Positions 20,634 to 31,995 of a stretch of DNA of 33,669 bases are shown one piece after another. The notes under the pieces were generated by a model. That model made no database searches. It was not told the origin of the DNA and worked only from the letters and a program-made list of their open reading frames with translations. A program made the translations under genes and the position numbers. The DNA is from Macrostomum lignano (taxonomy: Eukaryota): positions 1 to 33,669 of the forward strand of contig NIVC01004027.1 in the NCBI GenBank assembly GCA_002269645.1, read 5' to 3'. Positions within the stretch are counted from its first letter, which is position 1. Each line of letters begins with the position of its first letter.

Positions 20634-23430
20634 TCATCGTCTCCGCTTTTTATTCGGCGGCGGGCGATGCGAGCCGGCAGACGACACGGCAGCGGAAGTC
20701 GCCGACAACAGCGGCGACAGAGGCAGACCGGCCTCGGCCCGGGCCATCAGCTCGGCCCGGTTGGTCACCCGGTGCACCGGGGCGCCGCGGCACTTCGGGC
20801 ACAGCCAGTCCTCGTCCTCTGGCGGCGGCTGGGCAAAGCCGAGACACACGGCGTGGTACCAGTCGTCGCAGCGGGAGCACCCGATCATCAGGCTGCCGTC
20901 GTCCTCCTCCGAGCAGGCCGGGCACAGCCAGATCTGGTTGCCCTGATCGTCGAAGTAGTACGAGGCTTCGTGCTGCACCCTGGTGAGGCTGGCCGCGTCC
21001 GCTGCCGACTGTCGGGCGCCGGCAGTTTTCGGCCGGCTGCGACCGGCGCGCGACCGACCGGAATTGAATTTCGTCGGCGGCACGGCGGTTTCCGTCAGCG
21101 GCCCGTCGAAGGTCGAGAAGACTGCGGGAGTGGCTGCTATCGATTCCGCCGATAACACGGGCATCGCCGGGCTCAGCGGAGGCGGCGGCGACTTCAGGCC
21201 CCCGGCAGGGACGAATCCGCGTCCACAACGCGAACTCCGCCAATGCTGATCTTCAGCTTCAACGACTGGGTGGACACCGGCGGAGGCGGCGGTGGCGGCG
21301 GCGACATCGGCAGCGGAGGCGAGACGGCGGCGGGGGTGGGGGCGGGGGCGGCCTCCACGGCGGCGGAGAAGGCGCCGCCCAGCCGGATGGTGAGCTTCGG
21401 CACCGCCACGGGGCTGTGCGGCGGCGGCGGCGGCGGCGCCGGGGTTTTCGACGGCGACCGGTGCCGATGCTTCTTGCCGGACTTCGAGGACAGCTTGGTC
21501 GGCGAGACTGCGGCGGAGGCGATGGTGGCGTCCTGCGCATCCGCGAACGGCTCGTCCACGGCGTTGTCATCGAATTCGAAGCCTCCCAGATTGTCAGCGG
21601 GGGAGACCTCGGCTTCGGGGGCCTCCTCGTGCTCGCCTTTGCCATCCACGTCGGCAGGTGGCGACACCGCGTCGTCGGCTTCGATTTTCGAATCTGACCG
21701 CGGCGGCGAGTCGAACAGGAAATGCCGAACTGCTGAAGGCGAGTCCAGCGGCTCCTCCTGCGGCGGCGGGGGCTGCTGCGGAAGCTTCAGCTTGACGCGT
21801 AGCGGAGGGGAAATGGCAGCCGCGGCGGCGGCAGACGGCGTCAGAGAAGGCGGCGGCGTTGGGGACCGCCGATGGCCGCTGTCGTCCGGGTTAACGGCGG
21901 GCAGGGTGTCAGTGGAGTCGGGGCTACCCCCGCCGGTCCTACCGACAGAAACGGAGAAGTTCGAATCCGTGGCGTCGCCGCCGATGAAGGCGAAGCGATC
22001 ATGCGGGGACGGCTGGCCCGGGGCGTCAGCGACCGGAGCCGACGGGGTTGGCGGCGACGGAGCGGCGGCAGCGGGCGGCGGCGGCGACTTGGCGGAGGCC
22101 GCCCTGGAGATCGCCGCCTGCTTACGCCTGCCGCGAGCAGCCGACGGTTTCCTTGATACGGCAGCCGGTGCGGCAGCGGCTGCCGGGGGCTCCGGCCTGG
22201 GCTCGGCCACCGCCGCCGCTGCCGACTTTTTGCCGCTGAGAACAAAATCGAAAATGTCTCGTTCCTTGTCGGAGTCGACGTCGACCTGGTCCAGATTGTC
22301 CAAGATCTCGTCAAGATTGTTGGCGAAGCGGCTCTGCGCTGCGGCGGCCGCGGCCAGCGCGCCAGCAGCCGACTCGCCACCGTCCTCGCCGCCGCTGCCA
22401 CCGCCGAGAGGGTCGCGCCGGCTGATGACGACGCCGCGGTCTGCCGAATCGTTGCTGTCGCCGCTCCCGCCGCCGCCGCTGATGTCGCTGGCAGCCGTCG
22501 CTGACTGAGCCGTAGCCGCGTTGGCTGTCAGGTTGTCCAAGGAGTCGCCTCCAAGGCCCACGGAGTCGGTGCCGAGGTCGCCGCGGCGCAGAACCCGCTG
22601 GCGGCGCCAACGCCGCTGGCACCAGGGCCGGTGCCGACGTCGGGCTCCGAGTCGGATCCGCTGTTCAGCCAGTCGTGGCCGAGCGGCTCGGCCGTCCGCC
22701 GCCTGTCCGGATGCGGGCGCGGCCGGCTGCGGAAAGTCTCCGGCGGCGGCCGGGAGCTCGGCGCCACGCCAGACTGGCGCGAGTTCAGCGGAACAACCCG
22801 GCCGTCGGTTGTCATAGCAACGGTGCGCATAGCGAATCGGGAAGGAGCCACCCGGTTGCCATAGCAATCTCGCGGCTGCTGCAGCAGCTTCTGCGGGCTG
22901 GCGGCCTGAGAAGACACGCTGACCGACTTGCCGCCGTCGGTGACATTCAGCTCATCCACGTCGTCCACGGCCAGCGTGTCGGCGGCCGACTCGGACGCTT
23001 CGACATCCTCGGCGTCGGCCCGGCGGCGCGGAGGCAGGTGGTCGGGCAGGTGCTCCGGTCGGTCGCCAGCCTCGGACTCGGCTTTAAGCTCGGCCTCGCT
23101 CGGCCAGTTGAGCTCGTCCGGCCGGCGCACCGGACAGGCCGGGAAGGCGCGCGGAAATGGCGCTAATTTGGCGCAGGCCATCAAATATTCGCGCGCGTCC
23201 GGCTCGTCCAGGCCGGCCTCGGACAGGGCGCGCAAAATGTCGGCCAGTTGAGGCGACTGGAGGCGGCGCAGCTCGCACAGGTCGGCCACGGAGCCGCACA
23301 GGCGGAGGAGGTACAAATGAAGGGCATCGGTCAGGGCGTGCACGCAGTCGGCGTCGGCTGAGTGCCAGCCGTGGCCGAGGCAGAGGCGGGCCACCGCAAT
23401 GCGCAGGCTGGACTGCACCAGCTGCTCCAT
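20634..23430 (-). CDS. TAF3: TFIID subunit 3, about 932 aa, intronless, two apparent frameshifts (about 22594 and about 21200)
   Basis: N-terminal histone fold/BTP: LRIAVARLCLGHGW..LTDALHLYL..P.FP..P..PEHLPDHLPP. C-terminal PHD finger DDQGNQIWLCPACSEEDDGSLMIGCSRCDDWYHAVC..WLCPKC retains the W/D/M/W cage residues. The three ORFs are joined by +1 base each. Confidence 0.9.
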
Positions 23431-23573
23431 GGCTGCTCACAGGCTCTCACTCGGCTGTGCCAGTCCTGGGCTGGGGTTCGGGTCGCTCCGCTGCAATGCA
23501 ATGAGTGTGGCTCTCAATGAGTTCTGCTCAAACTGTAACGAATCGATTAGCTAAGATGTTGAAGATGTTGAAC

Positions 23574-23848
23574 AAATATAACAAGTGGCGCCCCCGACAG
23601 CCTACAAATATAACAAGTGGCGCCCCCGACAGCCTACAAATATAACAAGTGGCGCTCCCGACAGCCTACAAATATAACAAGTGGCGCTCCCGACAGCCTA
23701 CAAATTCAAGTGGCGCCCCAACAGCCTACAAATATAACAAGTGGCGCCACCAACAGCCTACAAATATAACAAGTGGCGCCCCCGACAGCGTACAAATATA
23801 ACAAGTGGCGCCCCCGACAGCGTACAAATATAACAAGTGGCGCCCCCA
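23574..23848. repeat. 32-bp minisatellite (AAATATAACAAGTGGCGCCCCCGACAGCCTAC)n, about 8 copies, upstream of TAF3
   Basis: Directly visible; units are contiguous with no spacers. Confidence 0.93.
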
Positions 23849-25863
23849 ACCAGTTAGGAATAGAACATAAAATATCCAACCTCGCAAGGTATTCTCACGG
23901 ACTCCCACATTCGGCTCTGCCTAGCAACTGTCCAGCAAGTAGCGGTCAGAAATGACTGATGAACCGCAGAGAGGCTGAGTTCCGGAGTTGGCTTGAGCTT
24001 CTTTTGAATCCTAATCAGCCCCCGACAAGCCTATTATAATTAGCAGCGGCGTCTCATCGGGAGCTACAAACCGGTCCGCCTGGCCGCAATGTCGGGGAGA
24101 ATCCGGCCAAAGCAGCAAAGCCAGCCAACCGATGAGAAATCCGCGCGCTCCACTCGGATTATCACAAGGACGCCGAGAGCGGAGGGACTTCACGAAATAT
24201 GCGAAGTCGGACTTGTGCAAGCGGATGATGAGAACTCAAATCCCTTCATCAAGTTGTCAGCAGCAGACCAGAAATTTGCTCAGGAAATGCACAGTCATGC
24301 CAGATTTAATATAATGAACCCGGGAGAAGTGGATGAGCAGGGCGCAATAAACTGTAACCTCTCTCCACTCTTCCCTGTAACCATCTGGGATGTTGAAGAG
24401 AAGTAATTTTATTCGCTATCCAAAATGACCACTTGTTAAAAGTGCATCGGGAATAATAAATGTACATTTGGTACTTTTTTATCGCTAGTGACGTTGCATT
24501 TTGTTTAATCACCGAAGCCAGGATGGGGAGTCTCACTAAGAATTTCCCAAACAGTATAAATTAGACCCTGAAATAAATCATTATGCTTTGGCTGACGGCT
24601 AAGTTATGAATTATTGATCATTAATAAAGCCGAAGAGAGCCAACATGAACTTTCGGATTGGAGCAGCTTCCCTTCTGGGCTCAGGGCTAGCCGAGATGAA
24701 CAGCTGAACTTGTGCATTTGAAACAATTCAATTCCCTGAGCAGCCTCAACTCCAGGTATCAAATCGAAGATGTCCTTGCAAAGATGTCCTTGCGCCAGCC
24801 GATCCAAGCAATAAAACAATTATTTTGCATAAACTGCACCTTGCCTCCCCTCAATCCCGCCCAGCATCACCGGCAAAAATGAGCTTCATCAACTAAAAAA
24901 ACCAGTCTCAACCAGACCGCGCACACGACACGACCATCGATTTACGACCCCAACCATTAGAGCACAAAAAGAAGAAACTGATGACAGACAGAGCAGAGGG
25001 AGACGGCAGAGCAAGGGAAACCGAATCCCTAACAAATTGACCGCCATAAAGCAGCTCAGAACTGGCGAGAACAACACCGGGGCGTGCAAATTATCTCAAG
25101 ATAAGAGCGAGAATTTCACACTCGTGCAGACTTGATCGATCGAGCTGTCATCTGCCCCTATCCGGGGAAGTGGCTGAGTGTAAAACAAGAAATAGGCTGA
25201 GCAGCCCCTTCTCTCCCCCCTCTATATCCGCATCGGAATATCGCCACTTAGAACTTGCCAGGTCAGTAAAGCTTGGCAAATGTGTTCTGCAAGTTAAAAT
25301 ATGCGTTAAAAACAGACCATTCTACGCTGTATATGCTCCTCCCTCAACCCCCTCCCCCGGGGGGACTCTAGTCGAAATTTTATTCGATAAAGCAGAAATT
25401 CGCGATTTATTTTTATATTATTTTTAATTACAATTTGTGTCAAAAAATCTACTACTATTGCACAGATATATCTGCGAATTCACAGGGGGGGGGCTAGAAA
25501 AGTACTGACTGCGAGAGCAAGCGAGAAGGGAAAGAGAAAGAGGGGAAGAGGAAAGAGGGCAAGGGGAACAGAAGGCCACGGAGTGTTAAACACAGAAACG
25601 TGGTAAGGTGTTAAGCAGTTAGTGCCGCGAGTTTCCCTTTCCAAGTGATAGATTTATGCAGAGCTCCATGCGGTGAGGGGCAGATGGCAGCGCAGGGGTA
25701 GAGGGAGCACAGGAAACAGTGGAGTCGAGAGTGGGCCTGAGTGGGCACAGGAAGGTCGGCCAACCCCCCAGCTAACGCCCTGCCTGTTTTACATATAAAA
25801 AACCGATTTACACAGCCACACACACAGAGAACCCCCTCTCTAATCCAAATCCCTCCCAAAGCC

Positions 25864-26322
25864 ATGAAGTCCTCCAAGTCCAACATCGAGATCCGCCTGA
25901 CGCTGGTCCGCAAGGTGCTGGTGGCGGTGGATGGCAGCGAGCACTCGGACAGAGCCCTGGCCTGGTACGCCGCCAACATCAACAGCCACGATGACGAGCT
26001 GCTGCTGGTGCACGTCAGGGAGGCCGGCGAGTCGGAGAAGCGCGTGGCCGAGCTGGCGGACAGCATCTCGGACAGGTGCGCCCAGCTGAAGATCCGGGCG
26101 GCAACAAGATTTGTAGACAAGCCGCTGAGGAGCAACTCAAGCGCCGGGTCGGTGCTGACCGAGGCCGCCAAGGAGATGAACGCCTCGCTGGTCATCATCG
26201 GCAGCCGCGGCCTCGGCGCCATCAAGAGGACCTTCCTGGGCAGCGTGTCCGACTTTGTGCTGCACCATGCGCACCGGCCCGTGCTGGTCATCCCGCCCTG
26301 CCAGCCAGTGGACACCGTGTGA
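25864..26322 (+). CDS. Universal stress protein (UspA family, ATP-binding type), 152 aa
   Basis: GCCATG at 25864. RKVLVAVDGSEHSDRALAW and IIGSRGLGAIKRTFLGSVSDFVLHHAHRPVLVIP, the latter containing the G-x2-G-x9-GS motif. Confidence 0.93.
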   Translation: MKSSKSNIEIRLTLVRKVLVAVDGSEHSDRALAWYAANINSHDDELLLVHVREAGESEKRVAELADSISDRCAQLKIRAATRFVDKPLRSNSSAGSVLTEAAKEMNASLVIIGSRGLGAIKRTFLGSVSDFVLHHAHRPVLVIPPCQPVDTV

Positions 26323-26419
26323 TCAGCGCGGCCGATCCTCATGCCAGATTCTTTAACGCCATTTTTTTAGATTCTAGAGCTGATTCGCTCGGGCGATTCT
26401 TCAAAGCGATTTCTCAGAT

Positions 26420-26840
26420 GATTCCCAAAGGCGATTCCTAAAGGTGATTCCCAAGGGCGATTCCCAAGGGCGATTCGCAAGGGCGATTCCTAAAGGTGAT
26501 TCCCAAGGGCGATTCCTAAAGGAGATTCCTAAAGGAGATTCCTAAAGGAGATTCCTAAAGGAGATTCCCAAGGGCGATTCCTAAAGGGGATTCCTAAAGG
26601 AGATTCCTAAAGGAGATTCCCAAGGGCGATTCCTAAAGGAGATTCCTAAAGGTGAATAGCAAGGGCGATTCCTAGAGGAGATTCCTAAGGGCGATTCCTA
26701 AAGGTGATTCCCAAGGGCGATTCCTAAAGGTGATTCCTAAGGACGATTTCTAAAGGATATTCCTTAGGGCGATTCCTAAAGAAGATTCCAAAGAGCGATT
26801 CCTAAAGGTGATTCTCAAGGGCGATTCCTAAAGGTGATTT
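26420..26840. repeat. 13-bp minisatellite (GATTCC[C/T]AA[A/G]GG[C/T/A])n, about 32 copies
   Basis: Directly visible, downstream of the USP stop. Confidence 0.92.
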
Positions 26841-27840
26841 CGAAGCTATATAATATCTTTACGATAATTTTCAGATTTTATAGAGCAATTCTTAAATCCC
26901 ATTATCCGAAGGCAATTGTAAAATTAGGCTTGAAATTCTGACCCACAGTTGTACAATAGAGTGACTGGCAGTACCAATGCAAATGATTGCTAATTGATTG
27001 TTGAGTTTAATTTTTACAAGAAAATTGACTGATTGACACTTTTTGCAGACAGCTTGCTAATGTCCTCATAACAACTTGTTAGTGTTATGTAATTCACATT
27101 CTTTTGCTTTCGCACCAGAATACAACCAGAGTCCCATTGTAAGTTGAGCCCGAGCATTGCCCGGGTCTGCCCTAACGGGGTTCTCTAGGCTAGGAGAGCC
27201 GGATCAGTCACCGACATGTATCGAAAATAGTTTAGCAAGTGGGGGGGGGGGCGCCCCGACCTAAAATATGCCTCATTATTGCTCGAGACGCAGGTGTCAC
27301 AGCTGCTTAGTGAATAATATTATAAATCACGCATAAAAACACCTGTCATCATATTGCATTCCAGCTGATTGCTACAGACAAATATGTTGTACATGCTTTC
27401 TAATTTTTAAATGTGTCTGTTCCCCTTAAGTCCTCTGTAGCATTCCTAGATAAAGAAATATATATAAATAAAAAGTGCGAAAACGCGTTAATAAAGACTA
27501 CAATGAAAATGCATTAAAATTAACCTTGTTTATTTATGTACAGATGACAATCATTAGCTTGCAGTACAAACAAACTGCATCTATTTAAGTTCTGAAAGAG
27601 AGCTGAAAGTTCTCAAAGTTTCCAATCCAAATCCTATTATACATGTACTTCGAGGACTTGACCAAGGACTACTAAAACATTGAATAATCAAAGTCTGAAA
27701 TAGTTATTATATCCAAGAGGCCTGATAGTCCTTAGACTCATCGTTCTGGATTAAGTATAACAGAATCTGGATTGGAGACTCACACTATCATAAAACTATA
27801 CACTCGCCAAGGACTACTAAACCATAGCCAAGCAAAACTT

Positions 27841-28392
27841 CTACTTCTTCTTCTTCTCTTCCGGCTCGTCCGCCCAGCCAGCGCCCGGGTATTCCTCGAA
27901 CTCGCGCCCGTACGAGGGGAAAGCGGAGGCGCTGTGCATCCCCTCCGGCTTGGCGTCCTCCGCTGGCGGCTGCACCTCCCCGGCGCGGAGTCGCTCTTGG
28001 CGCCGAGTTCGATCGCGCGCCGCAATTTCGGCGCCGCGGACAGATTTCAGCTCGGCTAGGCGCGCGTTGGCGGCCACCTCGGCCGCGGTGGGCGGGTCTG
28101 GCCGGCGGTGCCGCAGCCAGGACTCCCACTCGGGTGGCAGGCTCGGCGCCCCCGAGCTGTTCGGGTCGTCGTCCCGCTTCTGGCCGGGCGCCCACACGAT
28201 CCGGCGGGGCCGCCGCTCCGGCCCGAGAGACTCCTCGAAGTAGCGGTTGCCGGCCGGGTCCGAGCCGACCTCCGACCGCCTGCTGCCGCCGAATATCCGG
28301 GACAGCAGCGACAGCGGCTGCTGGCGGCACCGGGGCAGCGGCGACTGGCTCAGCAACTGCTGGAGCAGCAGCCTACGGGATGCTGGCAGCAT
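27841..28392 (-). CDS. NDUFAF2: NDUFA12-family complex I assembly factor (mimitin), 183 aa
   Basis: VGSDPAGNRYFE, RRIV and LPPEWESWLRHRRPDPPT..E motifs. The Arg/Leu/Ser-rich N-terminus resembles a mitochondrial presequence. Confidence 0.85.
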   Translation of the reverse strand: MLPASRRLLLQQLLSQSPLPRCRQQPLSLLSRIFGGSRRSEVGSDPAGNRYFEESLGPERRPRRIVWAPGQKRDDDPNSSGAPSLPPEWESWLRHRRPDPPTAAEVAANARLAELKSVRGAEIAARDRTRRQERLRAGEVQPPAEDAKPEGMHSASAFPSYGREFEEYPGAGWADEPEEKKKK

Positions 28393-28431
28393 GGCTGGGA
28401 TCAGCAGTGCCAGGGAGCAATGATGAGAACG

Positions 28432-28745
28432 CCTGCTTGTCTGTCTGCCTGCCTGCCTGTCTGTCTGCCAGTCTGTCTGTCTGCCAGTCTGTCTGCCTGC
28501 CAGTCTGTCTGCCTGCTAGCCTGTCTGTCTGCTAGCCTGTCTGTCTGTCTGTCTGTCTGTCTGCTAGCCTGTCTGTCTGTCTGTCTGCCTGCCTGCCTGC
28601 CTGCCTGCATGCCTGTCTGTCTGTCTGTCTGTCTGCCTGCCTGCCTGTCTGTCTGCCTGCCTGCCTGCCTGCCTACCTGCCTGCCTGTCTGTCTATCTGT
28701 CTGTCTGTCTGTCTGCCTGTCTGTCAGTTTTGCCTGCATGCCTCT
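28432..28745. repeat. Compound (CTGT/CTGC)n tetranucleotide microsatellite
   Basis: Directly visible, ending about 40 nt upstream of the NDUFAF2 ATG. Confidence 0.95.
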
Positions 28746-29188
28746 GGCTTCCAGAGGCTTCTCAAGTTATTAATGAATTCAAAAAGGCATAAATTATCAC
28801 AAAGCAAGACTCTTCACTAACACTTGCTGGTCAGAAAGCATTGAATTTGTATTGACAGATTCCATTTTCGCGTCGACACTATCATATTTTAGCTAACAAG
28901 AGCGCGCAAAAAGGCAGACACAAGAAATGGAAGGAGAGAATGCAAAATCGAGGAGACAAAACGCACAACAGGAGAGCAGAGCATTATCGCTAATCAGTTA
29001 AAATTCTCCAACGAAAAAATGCAAGAGAAAACCCATGGTTTTTAGCAACAAACCATGCTAACTGTTATTCTAGAAATTAAACTAAATAAAACTCCCTGTT
29101 TTTGGCTGAAACCCATCATCATATGGACTTCCAGACTGCAGCTTCACTGACATAGACTAGAAAACTTCGTAGTGGCTGCACCCTTCAC

Positions 29189-29314
29189 TATAAAATAGGA
29201 GGCCTCTGATTGGCTGCAGCGCCCAAATATAAAATAGGAGGCCTCTGACTGGCTGCAGTCAGTCCAACACAGACACGAACGGACCAATCAGAGAGCCAGT
29301 CGTCACTGATTGGC
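29189..29314. promoter_or_regulatory. Cluster of CCAAT-box-like sites including a 39-bp duplication
   Basis: AGCCAATCAG (- strand, 29206-29215), variant AGCCAGTCAG (29245-29254), CCAATCAG (+ strand, 29284-29291) and GCCAATCAG (- strand, 29306-29314). Confidence 0.35.
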
Positions 29315-29824
29315 CGTGGCCGCCAGCCTCTCCGCCCGGCCGGCCTTCTCCCTGGCCATTTTCCGCCGCTTCTCCTTCTTAGCCGCCGCCCGACGCAGCT
29401 GGTCCAGCCGGCCAAACTCCTCCGACTCGGCGTCAACGGCGAATTCTTCGCGCCGGAACATGTCGCCGAATCGAGCGTCGGTCACCACGCCGACAAGGCT
29501 GCGATTCACCCTGGCCGCGTCGGCGTCGCCGGCGGCTGCGGCGGCTCCGGCGGCAGCCTCGGTTCGTCGAATCCGACCAGCGGCAAGGCCGTCAGTCGCC
29601 TCGCGGAGGCGCTCGCGCCTCAGCGCTGCCGTGTCGGCGCCGGTGCCGCTGAGCGCCAACTTTGCGCGCTCGTAGAGGCGCGAATCGATGAAGAAGCCGT
29701 GCATGAAAGCGCGCAGATACTCGGTACCGATGAGGCTGGAGAGGCCAAGGCTGGTTAGCTGCTCTCGAGTCAGGAATTTGTAATTGTCGTACAGAACTGT
29801 CTCCGTGCGCTCCTGCTCTTCCAC
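29303..29824 (-). CDS. NOL10: Nucleolar protein 10 (Enp2 homolog), last coding exon
   Basis: Acceptor TCTCATTCAG|GTG at 29825. TVLYDNYKFLTREQL..LGL..LIGT.YLRAFMHGFFIDSRLY and NUC153-like DARFGDMF..EEFAVDAESEEF. Confidence 0.9.
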   Translation of the reverse strand: MEEQERTETVLYDNYKFLTREQLTSLGLSSLIGTEYLRAFMHGFFIDSRLYERAKLALSGTGADTAALRRERLREATDGLAAGRIRRTEAAAGAAAAAGDADAARVNRSLVGVVTDARFGDMFRREEFAVDAESEEFGRLDQLRRAAAKKEKRRKMAREKAGRAERLAATANQ

Positions 29825-29884
29825 CTGAATGAGAGAAAGTGCGGAGACATGGGGAGGTAAAGAATGCGCACTTTTAGAGACTCT

Positions 29885-30395
29885 GTTGTGTACTTTAGGG
29901 GCTTGAGTGGTGTGTACTTTTATAGGTAGATTGGGATGAAACAGGTGTGTACTTTGGGAGTAGATGGGGCTTAGGTCAGTGTATACTTTAAGATAGGGTT
30001 TAGGCAGGTGTGTATTTTAATTGTAGATGGGGTTTAGGTCGGTGTGTACTTTATGATTAGATGGGTTTAGGTCAGTGTGTACTTTTGATTAGATGGGTTT
30101 AGGTCGGTGTGTACTTTATGATTAGATGGGTTTAGGTCGGTGTGTACTTTATGATTAGATGGGTTTAGGTCCGTGTGTACTTTATGATTAGATGGGTTTA
30201 GGTCGGTGTGTATTTTATGATTAGATGGGTTTAGGTCAGTGTGTACTTCATGATTAGATGGGTTTAGGTCCTGTGTACTTTATGATTAGATGGGTTTAGG
30301 TCGGTGTGTACTTTATGTACTTTGCTGGTGTGTACTTTAGGAGTAGATATGGTTCAGGCGGTTGTGTACTTTAAGATTATATGGTTAGTTCGGTG
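29885..30395. repeat. 33-bp intronic minisatellite (GATTAGATGGGTTTAGGTCGGTGTGTACTTTAT)n with degenerate flanks
   Basis: Directly visible within NOL10 intron 29825..32891. Confidence 0.9.
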
Positions 30396-30895
30396 TGCAG
30401 TTCAAATGCATAAGCACACACGAGGTAGATGTTAGTAATTAATCAGAAGTGACATTGAAGTGGATTAAGAGGACACGCAAGGAAGTGAGGAAGCTGTAGA
30501 AAAAAAAGATGAGAACTTCAGTGCATTTTAAGGACAGGTTCAACATCAAAAACAGGTCCTCAGCACGCAGGTGAAGCTCTGCCAGAGCTGGCAGCCACGC
30601 TGATTGCACTGAAGGCAAGTTGCGAATGAATCTCAGGAATTTGGCTCAAGGCGGGGGGAGTAGGAAATACAAAGAAAGACAGGATTATCAGAGGAAAAAT
30701 GTTAATCTACTGGGGATAAAGCGTGGAAATTTATAACAAAATTTGATATCGGGAGAAGCTTGGGAAGCCACAACTGATACAGAAGGCACCTGACCTGCTC
30801 GATAATAAAATGCATGGGATCAGGTGCAGAAAACAGGTTAACAAGGCAAATACAGGGCAATTGTGGGACAGCCGAATGCCTGCAGATTGTCAATT

Positions 30896-31995
30896 ATCTG
30901 ATCCTACTACAATGTCACTTTGGGAGCACTCTGATCCTACTACAATGTCACTTTGGGAGCACTCTGATCCTACTACAATGTCACTTTGGGAGCACTCTGA
31001 TCCTACTACAATGTCACTTTGGGAGCACTCTGATCCTACTACAATGTCACTCTGGGAGCACTCTGATCCTACTACAATGTCACTCTGGTAGCACTCTGAT
31101 CCTACTACAATGTCACTCTAGCACTCTGATTCTACTACAATTTCACTCTGGAAGCACTCTGATCCTACTACAATGTCACTCTGGTAGCACTCTGATCCTA
31201 CTACAATGTCACTTTGGTAGCACTCTGATCCTACTACAATGTCACTCTGGTAGCACTCTGATCCTACTACTATGTCACTCTGGTAGCACTCTGATCCTAC
31301 TACAATGTCACTCTAGCACTCTGATCCTACTACAATGTCACTCTGGTAGCACTCTGATCCTACTACAATGTCACTCTAGCACTCTGATTCTACTACAATT
31401 TCACTCTGGTAGCACTCTGATCCTACTACTATGTCACTTTGGTAGCACTCTGATCCTACTACAATGTCACTCTAGCACTCTGATTCTACTACAATTTCAC
31501 TCTGGTAGCACTCTGATCCTACTACAATGTCACTCTAGCACTCTGATTCTACTACAATTTCACTCTGGGAGCACTCTGATCCTACTACAATGTCACTCTA
31601 GCACTCTGATCCTACTACAATGTCACTCTGGTAGCACTCTGATCCTACTACAATGTCACTCTGGTAGCACTCTGATCCTACTACAATGTCACTCTAGCAC
31701 TCTGATTCTACTACAATTTCACTCTGGTAGCACTCTGATCCTACTACTATGTCACTCTGGTAGCACTCTGATCCTACTACAATGTCACTCTGGTAGCACT
31801 CTGATCCTACTACAATGTCACTCTAGCACTCTGATTCTACTACAATTTCACTCTGGTAGCACTCTGATCCTACTACTATGTCACTTTGGTAGCACTCTGA
31901 TCCTACTACAATGTCACTCTAGCACTCTGATTCTACTACAATTTCACTCTGGTAGCACTCTGATCCTACTACTATGTCACTCTGGTAGCACTCAT
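30896..31995. repeat. 33/30-bp intronic minisatellite (GCACTCTGATCCTACTACAATGTCACTCT[GGT]A)n, about 34 copies
   Basis: Directly visible. It explains ORF 30814..32088. Confidence 0.96.

Noticed and set aside
10464-23504. Numerous overlapping antisense and alternate-frame ORFs (e.g. 10464..11399, 12351..13115, 16115..17155, 21243..22508)
   Set aside because: They are shadows of GC-rich coding sequence with few stop codons and have no recognisable domains.
23574-23848. CRISPR-like 32-bp direct repeats
   Set aside because: The units are contiguous with no unique spacers, there are no cas genes, and the context is eukaryotic.
5054-26322. Prokaryotic origin or horizontal transfer suggested by intronless genes (USP, GH13-like)
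   Set aside because: Neighbouring genes are eukaryote-specific (TAF3, SURF6, NOL10), spliceosomal introns are present, and coding style is uniform.
29930-30330. Telomere-like sequence in the 33-bp array
   Set aside because: It contains TTTAGGT rather than tandem TTAGGG, so it is not a telomeric tract.
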